From: Polyangiaceae bacterium
Lineage (GTDB): Bacteria; Myxococcota_A; Polyangia; Polyangiales; Polyangiaceae
NCBI GenBank assembly: GCA_044376115.1
Contig: JBILLK010000001.1
Coordinates: 256,001 to 320,000 of the forward strand
Length of the DNA: 64,000 nucleotides
Direction of reading: 5' to 3'
How positions within the stretch are numbered: position 1 is the stretch's first letter; every line of letters starts with the position of its first letter. Made by a program: the position numbers and the translations under genes. The notes below the pieces were generated by a model. The model saw only the letters and a list, made by a program, of their open reading frames with translations. It did not search any database and had not been told where the DNA came from. This document shows positions 41,736-50,749 of this stretch, piece by piece.

Positions 41736-44700
41736 TTGGAACGCTCGCTTCGTGATCTTGTGCTCGGCGGCCGGTTTCACCTCGAGACCGAGGTTGGCGC
41801 CGGCGGCATGGGCACGGTGTACAGAGGTCGCGATCTGCGGCGTGGGGATCTCGTTGCGGTAAAGGTCGTGCGCGCGAATTCGCTCGAGCTGCTCAAACGG
41901 TTGGGGCGAGAAGCAGAGGTGCTATCGGAGCTCCGTCATCCATGTCTGGTCTCGTTCCGAGAATGGGGCGCACTGCCTGATGGCGGCGCCTTCATCGCCA
42001 TGGAGTGGATTCAGGGCATCGAGCTTGGGCAACAATTGCGACAAGCGCCGCTGCGCTTACCGCAGGCGATCGCGATGGGGCTGGGCTTGGCATCGGCGCT
42101 CGCGCTCGTGCATAGCCGCGGGATCATTCACCGGGACATCAAGCCCAACAACGTCGTGCTCCGCGAGGGCGATCCGAGTCGGCCCGTGCTGCTCGACTTC
42201 GGTATCGCGGCGCTGGCCAACCTACCCAGCGGGCTTACGATCGCCGGGCTGGCGATCGGTACCCCGGGGTACATGGCCCCGGAGCAGGTGCGAGGCGAGA
42301 CGATCGACGAACGAGCCGACGTCTACGGCCTGGGTTGCCTACTGTTCCATGCCATCACCGGAACCGCTCCTTTCGTCGGTGACTCGGCTGTCGCCGTGGT
42401 TTCCGAGGTGCTTCTTCGCGAGCCCCCGCGCTTGGCCGACCGGACTGCGAACGTCCCGCAAGCCCTGAACGATCTCATGGCCTCCTTGCTAGCCAAAGAT
42501 CGCGCACAACGTCCTGCCAATGGCGCTGAGCTCTTGGACCGGCTTACGAAACTCAGCGCAACACTGGGCCGCGAGCTGTCGACTACCTCAGGCGTCTCGC
42601 TGCAGGAGCGTCGTACAATCGCCGTGGTTTCGCTCAACTTCAGTGGGCCCCCCGAGGAACCATCACCGCCGAGCGACCACCTCGACCAGACGGTGGTGGA
42701 CTTCGATGAGGTCCCGCAATCGACCACTCGCAACTTCGTCTCACCGATCCCCGGTGCGTTCGTCCCCGCCCTCGCGGCGCAGTTTGGTGGAGCGGTTGAG
42801 CCGCGGCCCGGCGGGCACGCACTGGTGACGTTTTCCTCGGAGGCCTCCGCTGCGCAAGCGGCTCAGCAGGCTGCGCGTTTTGCTGTGCAAGCGCTCGAGT
42901 TCGCGCCACTTTGCGGCGTTGGTGTGGCGATCGGTCCTTCCGTGGTGGGAGCTCCAGTCGATGCCGCGCTGATCGAGCATGCCGCCGCACTCGCGGACCA
43001 ACTCGGAACCATTCGAACAGACGCTGGGGTTCGCAGCCTGCTGGGCGATGCCTTCGAGATCGACTTCAGCGCGTCGGTGTTCCGCATCGTACGAAGCAAA
43101 GACTCGACGTCGCAGCGGAAGGTCCGCGGACGAGAGCGCGAACTTTCGCTATTCGCGAGCACGGCCCGCTCGATCGCAAAGTCGAAGGTGCAGGAGACCC
43201 TGGTGCTCGTCGCTGATGCGGGGCTCGGACGAACGACCGTGTTGCGAGAGTTCGAGTCTCGGGAGTACGCCCTCGAGCAGCCGCCTGCTTTCATTTTCGT
43301 GGCCGGGGATCCCGTGCGGAACCAACCCATGGTGTTGACCCGCGCGCTCGTGCAGAGGGCCCTGCTCGCCTACGGTGGCTCGTTGGAAAAAGCGCTCGAG
43401 GCGCTCGCGGCCGATCCTACGCTGGCGCATGCGTTTCCTGTGCTCAAGTTGATGACCTCCCGCGAGCACGACACGCCCGACCCGGCGCTGCGTCCGTTGT
43501 TGCTCGACCCGCTGCTCTTGGAGGAGCGTGTTGCCACCGCCTTTGCAGACCTCTTGCGCCAGCTCGGGCGACGGTGCGGTGCGGTGACCATCGCCATCGA
43601 CGACGTTCAGCTCGTCGACAGTGCTTCGCTACGCGTGCTGCACCAATCGCTCCTTCAGCTCCGCGATACCGGGGTGCTATTGCTGCTCACCTGCAACCAG
43701 CTGCTCGACCCCAAGCTCCGCGCGGAGCTCGAGCCCTGCGCTGTGATGAGGATGATCCCACTTTCGAATTCCGCCGCGGCAGCAATGCTCGCCGATCAGC
43801 TGGGTCCGGAGTTTGGTCAGAGTCGATTCGACGACATCGTTGGGGTCGCCAAGGGCCACCCGATGCTGCTGAAGGAGCTGGCGCGGCAAGCGCTGACGAG
43901 CCCCAACGTCGACCTCTCATCGACGAACCTGCTAGCGGCGATGGAAGCTCGGGTAGCGCGGCTCGATCCAGATCTGCGCCGTGTCCTGCGTGCAGCGAGC
44001 GTGTTCGAGGGCTCTTTCTGGGAGACCGGGTTGCTGCAAGTCATGGGCGATAGCCGCGATTCTCGCGCGCTCCTCAATACGCAGCTCAACAAGCTCGCGG
44101 AGAAGGATTTCGTGACTCGGCTGGCCGAATCGCGGCACGCGGGCGAGATTGAATGGCGCTTCGTCAATGCAGTCGCACGTGACGCGGCCTACGCAATGTT
44201 GTCCGACGCGGACAAGATGCGCGGTCACGCGTTAGCGGCCGAATGGCTGCTGCGCGTTGGTGAGAAAGAACCAGCCATTTTGGCCCGCCAATTTGCTTTC
44301 GCTGGAGAGAAACAGCTCGCAGCGCAGCACTGGCTCAACGCAGCCAACCAGGCGTACTTCCACCAAGACCACGCTATGGCTCGCACCCTGCTCGAACGCG
44401 TTCTGGCCTTGGAACCCGATCCTTCTGTGAGTTTCAACGCCAAGCTGGTGCTGGCCGAGATTCTCTTTTGGGCTGGGCATTTCGACGAGGCGCTCGGCTA
44501 CACCGCCGAAGCGCTGGGCTACTTCAGCTGGGGCACCCAAGGATGGCTCGATGCGATGGGAGTGGCCGCTCGTTGCACGCTCCGGCAAAGCAAGACGTCC
44601 GACCTTTCCCCCATTCGCGCGATGGTCACTGCGGTCCGGACCAACCCGAACCTGGCACCGGATCCCCGTTCGCTAGCGACGCTCGTCACTTGGTGTTTGC

Positions 44701-45599
44701 GGCAACAAGCACGCGCGCTCGCAGTGGAGGTGATCGAGGTACTCGGAGCCGCGGCGCTGCGCAATTCCAAGGATGACCTTGGTGGTAAAGCGTGCCACTT
44801 GCGGTGTCGCTCCTGGCTCGCTGCGGCCGACGGGGACTACGCCGACTGCCTCGCCTTCGACTCTGAAGCCATGCACTGTGCTGCCCAGATCGGAGACAGA
44901 AGGCTGCTTGCGACGAGCCTCAGCGACATTGGCTACGACCTCATGATGCTCGGTGCTTACGAAGAGGCAGAGGCCAACTTTCGCAGCGCCCAAGAGCTCG
45001 CTGCCCAAGTAGGCCTGCTACCGCTCGTAGCAACGATCGATCACAACCTTGGTCTCGTACTGCATCGGTTAGGCCGAGACGACGAAGCCATCGCCATGGA
45101 GACTCGGGCGTTATCCGTCGGCCGCGGCAACGGGGACCACCTGCTTTTGGCTTATTGCGATCACTACCTCGGCCAGATCTACCTCGACCGCGGCGAGTTA
45201 GACCTAGCGGAACAGCACCTCGAGAGCGCGGCACAAGGGCAAACCCACCCCGAGCTGCGGAGCGCCGTGTTGGCCAAGCTCTCACGAGTGGCGCAAAAGA
45301 AGGGCTGGCACGGCCTCGCGCGCTTGCGATTGGAGGAGGCGCTGCGGATCGCCGACCAGCTGACGATCGAAGAGGACCACCAGCTGATCCCGATCACGCA
45401 GCTCTTGTACTTTCAAGAAACGAACGACACTGAGGGGTTTCGTCGACAGCTGCGCTACACGCTCGACGCCTTGCTGCAGCGGGCCAATCGAATCCGCGAC
45501 CCACAGCGCCGTCAGTCATTTCTCGAGCGAGTTCCCGACCATCGCATTGTCATGGATGCAGCTCGTCGCGAAGGATGGGAAGCCGAACTTCCAACCTAG
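41736..45599 (+). CDS. Ser/Thr kinase - degenerate cyclase-like region - STAND/AAA ATPase-like domain - TPR protein
   Basis: GAGGMG, VAVK, HRDIKPNN, DFG and APE motifs; ADAGLGRT P-loop; IDDVQ; GHP..L.EL; C-terminal TPRs. Confidence 0.88.
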   Translation: MERSLRDLVLGGRFHLETEVGAGGMGTVYRGRDLRRGDLVAVKVVRANSLELLKRLGREAEVLSELRHPCLVSFREWGALPDGGAFIAMEWIQGIELGQQLRQAPLRLPQAIAMGLGLASALALVHSRGIIHRDIKPNNVVLREGDPSRPVLLDFGIAALANLPSGLTIAGLAIGTPGYMAPEQVRGETIDERADVYGLGCLLFHAITGTAPFVGDSAVAVVSEVLLREPPRLADRTANVPQALNDLMASLLAKDRAQRPANGAELLDRLTKLSATLGRELSTTSGVSLQERRTIAVVSLNFSGPPEEPSPPSDHLDQTVVDFDEVPQSTTRNFVSPIPGAFVPALAAQFGGAVEPRPGGHALVTFSSEASAAQAAQQAARFAVQALEFAPLCGVGVAIGPSVVGAPVDAALIEHAAALADQLGTIRTDAGVRSLLGDAFEIDFSASVFRIVRSKDSTSQRKVRGRERELSLFASTARSIAKSKVQETLVLVADAGLGRTTVLREFESREYALEQPPAFIFVAGDPVRNQPMVLTRALVQRALLAYGGSLEKALEALAADPTLAHAFPVLKLMTSREHDTPDPALRPLLLDPLLLEERVATAFADLLRQLGRRCGAVTIAIDDVQLVDSASLRVLHQSLLQLRDTGVLLLLTCNQLLDPKLRAELEPCAVMRMIPLSNSAAAAMLADQLGPEFGQSRFDDIVGVAKGHPMLLKELARQALTSPNVDLSSTNLLAAMEARVARLDPDLRRVLRAASVFEGSFWETGLLQVMGDSRDSRALLNTQLNKLAEKDFVTRLAESRHAGEIEWRFVNAVARDAAYAMLSDADKMRGHALAAEWLLRVGEKEPAILARQFAFAGEKQLAAQHWLNAANQAYFHQDHAMARTLLERVLALEPDPSVSFNAKLVLAEILFWAGHFDEALGYTAEALGYFSWGTQGWLDAMGVAARCTLRQSKTSDLSPIRAMVTAVRTNPNLAPDPRSLATLVTWCLRQQARALAVEVIEVLGAAALRNSKDDLGGKACHLRCRSWLAAADGDYADCLAFDSEAMHCAAQIGDRRLLATSLSDIGYDLMMLGAYEEAEANFRSAQELAAQVGLLPLVATIDHNLGLVLHRLGRDDEAIAMETRALSVGRGNGDHLLLAYCDHYLGQIYLDRGELDLAEQHLESAAQGQTHPELRSAVLAKLSRVAQKKGWHGLARLRLEEALRIADQLTIEEDHQLIPITQLLYFQETNDTEGFRRQLRYTLDALLQRANRIRDPQRRQSFLERVPDHRIVMDAARREGWEAELPT

Positions 45600-46464
45600 C
45601 GCCCGTCCATTGAACCTCTCCACCGAGCTTCGCCGCGAGCTCGTGCAAGCTGCGATCACTCAAAACCTCCGAACTCCGCGCACCATGCGCGTCAACGGCG
45701 AACACCAGCAGCTGCGCGCGTGCAAATACCTGAAGCTGTACGACCTCCTCTTCACTGAGCTGCGCGGAGCGACGTGCCACCAGCATGAGAAACAGATGCC
45801 CGAGCGCTTCGCCGTCAACCTGAGCATGGAGCTGCTCCTGAGCGAACTTGATCTCAATCGTTTGGCCGTCACAAATACGTCGAGCCACCTGCTGCTTGGC
45901 GCGAAGGAGCGCCACGACCTCGACGCGCCGGCTCTCGCCGACATCACCGACGATTGTCTGAAGCAACCTGCCAGCGTTGGTGCAAGAGCGCGCCGCGTGC
46001 TGCGCATCTTGCGCCGCTGCCGCGAGGTCCTCCGCGGAGCTGCGCGGCCCCAGCGAACAAGCGGACGTACTTAGTAAAAAGGCCACGTTTCGCAGATCAT
46101 GCGCTAGTGCGCCGAGTTGACTCACGCTTGCTGCGTCTGGGCTTGTGGGCGGCGCTACCGTGATCACGCTCAGCCGTTGCAAACCGATGCCCTTGGTCCA
46201 CTCGCGGATCCACGTTCGGCCATCGCGCAGGCGGTAGTCGATGGTCAAGGCTGTTCCGACGCCCATACCAGCCGCGACCGCCGCTGCATAAAGCTCTTGG
46301 TCTTGCGGGAAGACGAGCTCACTGAAATTGAGCGGTGCTGTCACTCCCAACACGCGCGCTGGGTCGCCCAGAAGTACCTGCAGCGAGCGAGCTGGCCAGC
46401 GGAGCGTGCTCAAGCCAACGATGAACGGCAGTTCTGACAGTAATTCGGCGTGGGGACTCGTCAT
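45550..46464 (-). CDS. PAS plus HisKA-like protein with degenerate ATPase domain
   Basis: PAS-like VFPQD...IDYRL.DG..WIRE; H-box LAHDLRN; no recognisable N or G boxes. Confidence 0.6.
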   Translation of the reverse strand: MTSPHAELLSELPFIVGLSTLRWPARSLQVLLGDPARVLGVTAPLNFSELVFPQDQELYAAAVAAGMGVGTALTIDYRLRDGRTWIREWTKGIGLQRLSVITVAPPTSPDAASVSQLGALAHDLRNVAFLLSTSACSLGPRSSAEDLAAAAQDAQHAARSCTNAGRLLQTIVGDVGESRRVEVVALLRAKQQVARRICDGQTIEIKFAQEQLHAQVDGEALGHLFLMLVARRSAQLSEEEVVQLQVFARAQLLVFAVDAHGARSSEVLSDRSLHELAAKLGGEVQWTGARLEVRLPILRDELHP

Positions 46465-46574
46465 CGCGGCGCGAGTTTGCCACCGTTTTCACCAATCACT
46501 CGCGCCAAAAGCCCGGGAGCCGGCCAACAGAGGTCATTGCCGACGGCGAGAGTTCATCCTAGAAAGTTCGGACC

Positions 46575-49226
46575 ATGAACAGCTTTGGAACGCGCGGCTC
46601 ACTCGCTGCCAACGGCAAGACGTACACCCTCTACCGGCTCGACAATCTGAGCGCCCACGCAGACGCAGTGAAGAAGCTGCCGTGGTCGATGAAGATCCTG
46701 CTGGAGAACCTGCTCCGCAAGGAAGACGGCCGCGTTGTGCGCAAGGAGCACATCGAATCGGTGCTCAATTGGCAGCCGACGAAGGCTCCCGACGAGGAGA
46801 TCTCCTTCTACCCCGCGCGCGTGCTGATGCAGGATTTCACCGGTGTGCCCGCCGTCGCCGATTTGGCCGCCATGCGAGAAGCGCTGGCCAAGATGGGCGG
46901 TGACCCCGCCCGCATCAACCCGCTCGAGCAGGCCGATCTCGTGATCGACCATTCGATTCAGGTCGATCATTACGCCACCCCCCTCGCGCCGAAGCTCAAC
47001 ACCGATCTCGAGTACGAGCGCAACACCGAGCGCTACGTGTTCCTGCGCTGGGGCCAGAGCGCCCTTTCCAACTTCAACGTGGTCCCGCCCTCGACGGGCA
47101 TCTGCCACCAGGTGAACCTCGAGTACCTGGCCAAGGTCGTCTACGAGAAGGACGGCGTTGTGTACCCCGACACGCTGGTCGGTACCGACTCGCACACCGT
47201 GATGGTCAACGGCATGGGCGTGGTTGGTTGGGGCGTCGGCGGCATCGAAGCAGAGGCGGCCATGCTGGGCCAGCCCTGCACCATGCTCTTGCCGCAGGTC
47301 GTCGGCTTCCGCTTGGTAGGCAAGCCCAAGGAAGGCACCACCGCGACCGACATCGTGCTCACCGCCACCCAGATGCTGCGTAAGAAGGGCGTCGTCGGGA
47401 AGTTCGTCGAGTTCTTCGGCAGCGGCGTTTCGGCTCTTTCGCTCGAGGTGCGCGCGACGATCTCGAACATGGCGCCCGAGTACGGAGCCACCATCGGCTT
47501 CTTCGCCGTGGATGAAGCGACCTTGCAGTACCTGCGTTTGACCGGTCGCTCGGATGAGCACGTCGCTCTCGTCGAGGCCTACTCGAAGGCCCAGGGCCTC
47601 TGGTTCGATCCCGCGGCGGAGCCCAGCTACTCCGACGTGCTCGAGCTCGATCTGAGCACGGTGGAGCCTTCACTCGCCGGCCCCAAGCGCCCGCAGGATC
47701 GCGTGCCGCTGTCCGACATGAAGACGGCCTACAACGCCGCGCTCAAGCCGATGATCGAGGGCAAAGAGGCCGTCGAGGTTCCGGTCGAGCTGAACGGAAA
47801 GTCGTTCAAGCTCGCGAACGGCAAAGCGGTGATCGCCGCCATCACCTCCTGCACCAATACGTCCAACCCGGCCGTCTTGATCGGTGCAGGGTTGCTCGCG
47901 AAGAAGGCCGTGGAGAAGGGCCTGACTGCAAAGCCGTGGGTCAAGACCTCACTCGCACCTGGCTCGCAGGTCGTCACCGACTACCTCGCTGCAGCGGGGC
48001 TGCTCAGCTACCTCGATCAGGTCGGCTTCAACGTCGTCGGCTATGGCTGCACCACCTGTATCGGTAACTCCGGGCCGCTCCCGACTCCGGTCTCCGACGC
48101 AGTGGAGAAGGGTGACCTCGTGGTTGCCAGCGTTCTCTCCGGCAACCGTAACTTCGAGGGTCGCGTGAACCCCCACGTGCGCATGAACTTCCTCGCTTCA
48201 CCGCCGCTCGTGGTGGCGTACGCGCTGCGCGGCGACGTCGACGGCGATCTGACGAAGGAGCCGCTCGGCCAAGGCAAAGACGGTCAGGACGTTTACCTGA
48301 AGGACATCTGGCCGACCGACGCGGAGATCCAAGAGGCCACCGAGCGAGCCGTAAAGCCGGAGCAATATCGCCAACGTTATGCCTCGGTATTCGAGGGCGA
48401 TCAGGCTTGGCGCGGGCTCAAGGTTCCGGAGGGCCAGATCTTCCAGTGGGACGCCGCCAGCACCTACGTGCGTCGGCCGCCGTTCTTCGACGATATGCCG
48501 GCCGAGCCGCTTCCGACCACCAACGTCGTCGGCGCGCGCTGCCTCGCCGTCCTCGGGGATTCGATCACCACGGATCACATCTCCCCGGCCGGTAACATCT
48601 CCAAATCGAGCCCGGCTGCCGCGTACCTGACCGAGCGCGGAGTAGCACGCGCAGACTTCAACTCGTACGGCGCGCGACGTGGCAATCACGAGGTGATGAT
48701 GCGCGGAACCTTCGCGAACATCCGCCTCAAGAACCTGATGCTGGGTGGCAAAGAGGGCGGACTCTCGGTTCACATTCCGAGCGGCGAAGAAGGGTCGATC
48801 TTCGACGTGGCGATGAAGTACCAAGCGGAGAGCACGCCCTTGATCGTGATCGCCGGCAGTGAGTACGGCACCGGGTCCTCGCGTGATTGGGCCGCCAAAG
48901 GCACCAAGCTGCTCGGCGTACGCGCCGTCATCGCTAAGAGCTTCGAGCGCATCCACCGCTCGAACCTCGTCGGCATGGGCGTATTGCCGCTCGAGTTTGA
49001 CGCGGGGCAAGACGCTGCGTCGCTCGGGCTCGATGGCCGTGAGACCTTCACCATCACCGGGGTTGAGAGCCTCGCGCCCAAGAAGCGGCTCGAAGTCAAG
49101 GCTGTCTCGGCCTCAGGCGAGAAGAGCTTCACGGTAACCGCACGCATCGATACGCCGAACGAGGTGGACTACTTCGCTCACGGCGGCATCCTCGTCTACA
49201 TGCTGCGCCAGCTCGCCAAAGGCTGA
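46575..49226 (+). CDS. acnA: Aconitate hydratase A
   Basis: [35 protein letters not shown] and [10 protein letters not shown] motifs. Confidence 0.98.
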   Translation: MNSFGTRGSLAANGKTYTLYRLDNLSAHADAVKKLPWSMKILLENLLRKEDGRVVRKEHIESVLNWQPTKAPDEEISFYPARVLMQDFTGVPAVADLAAMREALAKMGGDPARINPLEQADLVIDHSIQVDHYATPLAPKLNTDLEYERNTERYVFLRWGQSALSNFNVVPPSTGICHQVNLEYLAKVVYEKDGVVYPDTLVGTDSHTVMVNGMGVVGWGVGGIEAEAAMLGQPCTMLLPQVVGFRLVGKPKEGTTATDIVLTATQMLRKKGVVGKFVEFFGSGVSALSLEVRATISNMAPEYGATIGFFAVDEATLQYLRLTGRSDEHVALVEAYSKAQGLWFDPAAEPSYSDVLELDLSTVEPSLAGPKRPQDRVPLSDMKTAYNAALKPMIEGKEAVEVPVELNGKSFKLANGKAVIAAITSCTNTSNPAVLIGAGLLAKKAVEKGLTAKPWVKTSLAPGSQVVTDYLAAAGLLSYLDQVGFNVVGYGCTTCIGNSGPLPTPVSDAVEKGDLVVASVLSGNRNFEGRVNPHVRMNFLASPPLVVAYALRGDVDGDLTKEPLGQGKDGQDVYLKDIWPTDAEIQEATERAVKPEQYRQRYASVFEGDQAWRGLKVPEGQIFQWDAASTYVRRPPFFDDMPAEPLPTTNVVGARCLAVLGDSITTDHISPAGNISKSSPAAAYLTERGVARADFNSYGARRGNHEVMMRGTFANIRLKNLMLGGKEGGLSVHIPSGEEGSIFDVAMKYQAESTPLIVIAGSEYGTGSSRDWAAKGTKLLGVRAVIAKSFERIHRSNLVGMGVLPLEFDAGQDAASLGLDGRETFTITGVESLAPKKRLEVKAVSASGEKSFTVTARIDTPNEVDYFAHGGILVYMLRQLAKG

Positions 49227-49363
49227 TCCGCGCGCAGCTCGCGCGTTCACCTGCATTGCGAGAACGCCGTCCGAGGGTCGACCTCGGGCGGCGTCTTCGT
49301 CTCTGGCCGGCCGGCCCAAACGCGTACTGGATTTGCAGCGCGAAACCATCTTATGAAGGAAGC

Positions 49364-49759
49364 ATGAATAAGCTCACCCTCGGCGGTTCTCTTGGCTTCG
49401 CGGTGCTCGTCGCGCTCTCCGGCTGCGGTGATGACAGCTCGAGCAGCAGCGGTACGGGCGCAGCTGGCGGCTCCGGCGGCGCGGGCGGGAACGCAGCCGG
49501 CGGCAACGCAGGCACCGGCGGGGCGAGCGTTTGTGAGACCTCCTGTGAAGAAGGCAAGAGCTGCCCACAGGCGGATCCAAACGCGGACTGCACCGCCAAC
49601 TGCGATGCCTCACTCGCGGTCGCTGAGTCATCGGGCTGCGTCACTGAGTACAACGTGTTTGTCGAGTGCTACGCCGCCCAGCCGGATCTCTGCAACCCGG
49701 TAGAAGGCGCGTGCGCGGCTGAGTCGGATGCCTACGCGCTGTGCCGCTCGGAGATGTAA
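49364..49759 (+). CDS. Small Cys-rich lipoprotein
   Basis: SD AAGGA; LSGCGDD lipobox; Gly linker; multi-Cys helical domain. Confidence 0.75.
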   Translation: MNKLTLGGSLGFAVLVALSGCGDDSSSSSGTGAAGGSGGAGGNAAGGNAGTGGASVCETSCEEGKSCPQADPNADCTANCDASLAVAESSGCVTEYNVFVECYAAQPDLCNPVEGACAAESDAYALCRSEM

Positions 49760-49798
49760 CGTCGCTCGGAGATGTGACGTCGCTCGGAGATGTAACGC
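49745..49798. repeat. 18-bp tandem repeat x3 spanning a stop codon
   Basis: CGCTCGGAGATGTAACGT / CGCTCGGAGATGTGACGT / CGCTCGGAGATGTAACGC. Confidence 0.9.
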
Positions 49799-50749
49799 TC
49801 AACCACCCGCTTTACGGCGCAAGAAGCAGTCGTCATCGATCTTTTGCTTCTTGCGCAAGAGCCGGGTGGCCTCGACGAACTTCTGCGACACCGGGTCGTG
49901 GTAGCCGCTGACGAGCGGCAACTCTGGCAGTTGTCTTTGGTAGTGGGACGCCACGCGCTCCATCAGCACTTCACGCAGGTACTTGCCAACGAGCGAGGCC
50001 ATCGACACGAGCATGTCGGAGGCGTCTGCGTCCTCGACGAAGTGCAGCTCGCCGACGCCAGGAAAGAAGTACGAGCTGCGTGACTTCTCCTCCTGAAGCA
50101 CGCTGCGCAGGCGCCCGCCCAGCGGGCCGAAGGCGGGTTCATACTGACGGAAGCCGCCGACCTTTCCGCAGACGGCGACCACAGGGCTTTCGACCTGTTC
50201 TACGAACGAGAGCACCAGCCGCTCCATGGCGTGCAGGTCAACCACGAAGCGGGAGCGCCCAGCGTCGAGCAGCCGATTGAGCCGTTGGTTGCAGATGATG
50301 GCCGAGCGCACCGCTTGGAAGACCACACCCTTGCCCTCGAGGAAGATGAGATCGCGTTCGGCCTGCTTCAGGAGTTCGTCCTCCGCTTTGAAGCTCTCGT
50401 GGCTGCTCGACCAACACTGCGGCTCGACCTGCTTCGGACAGATCGAGCGCAGCTCGCTCTCCGGATCGAGCGAGACGAGCGTGATCACCTCTGCGATCGA
50501 TTGCGGATCTTTGCCTGTGGTCCGACGCAAGAGCACCCGCGTCCACGCTTCCGCTAGCGCGACATTTCCGTGCGCCACGAGGGCCTTCGAGTCCCCCAAG
50601 CGCTCGCGAATTTTTCCGCGCAACTTGCCCTCGACAGCAGCGCGGCCCTTTTCGGTCACCTTGGCCAAGACCGCTGTCGTCAACATCGGACCGAGCAACG
50701 AGCCGAGACCATTTTCATCCGCTCCAACGCGGTAGCTGTGTTGGCTCAA
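49799..50749 (-). CDS. Divergent ribonuclease HII-like protein
   Basis: GADENGLG..LGP, GDSK, DAD....VS.AS..GKY.RE and SGY motifs. Confidence 0.7.
   Translation of the reverse strand: MSQHSYRVGADENGLGSLLGPMLTTAVLAKVTEKGRAAVEGKLRGKIRERLGDSKALVAHGNVALAEAWTRVLLRRTTGKDPQSIAEVITLVSLDPESELRSICPKQVEPQCWSSSHESFKAEDELLKQAERDLIFLEGKGVVFQAVRSAIICNQRLNRLLDAGRSRFVVDLHAMERLVLSFVEQVESPVVAVCGKVGGFRQYEPAFGPLGGRLRSVLQEEKSRSSYFFPGVGELHFVEDADASDMLVSMASLVGKYLREVLMERVASHYQRQLPELPLVSGYHDPVSQKFVEATRLLRKKQKIDDDCFLRRKAGG

Noticed and set aside
49745..49798. Possible mini-CRISPR
   Set aside because: Repeats are contiguous, only 18 bp, with no spacers and no cas genes.
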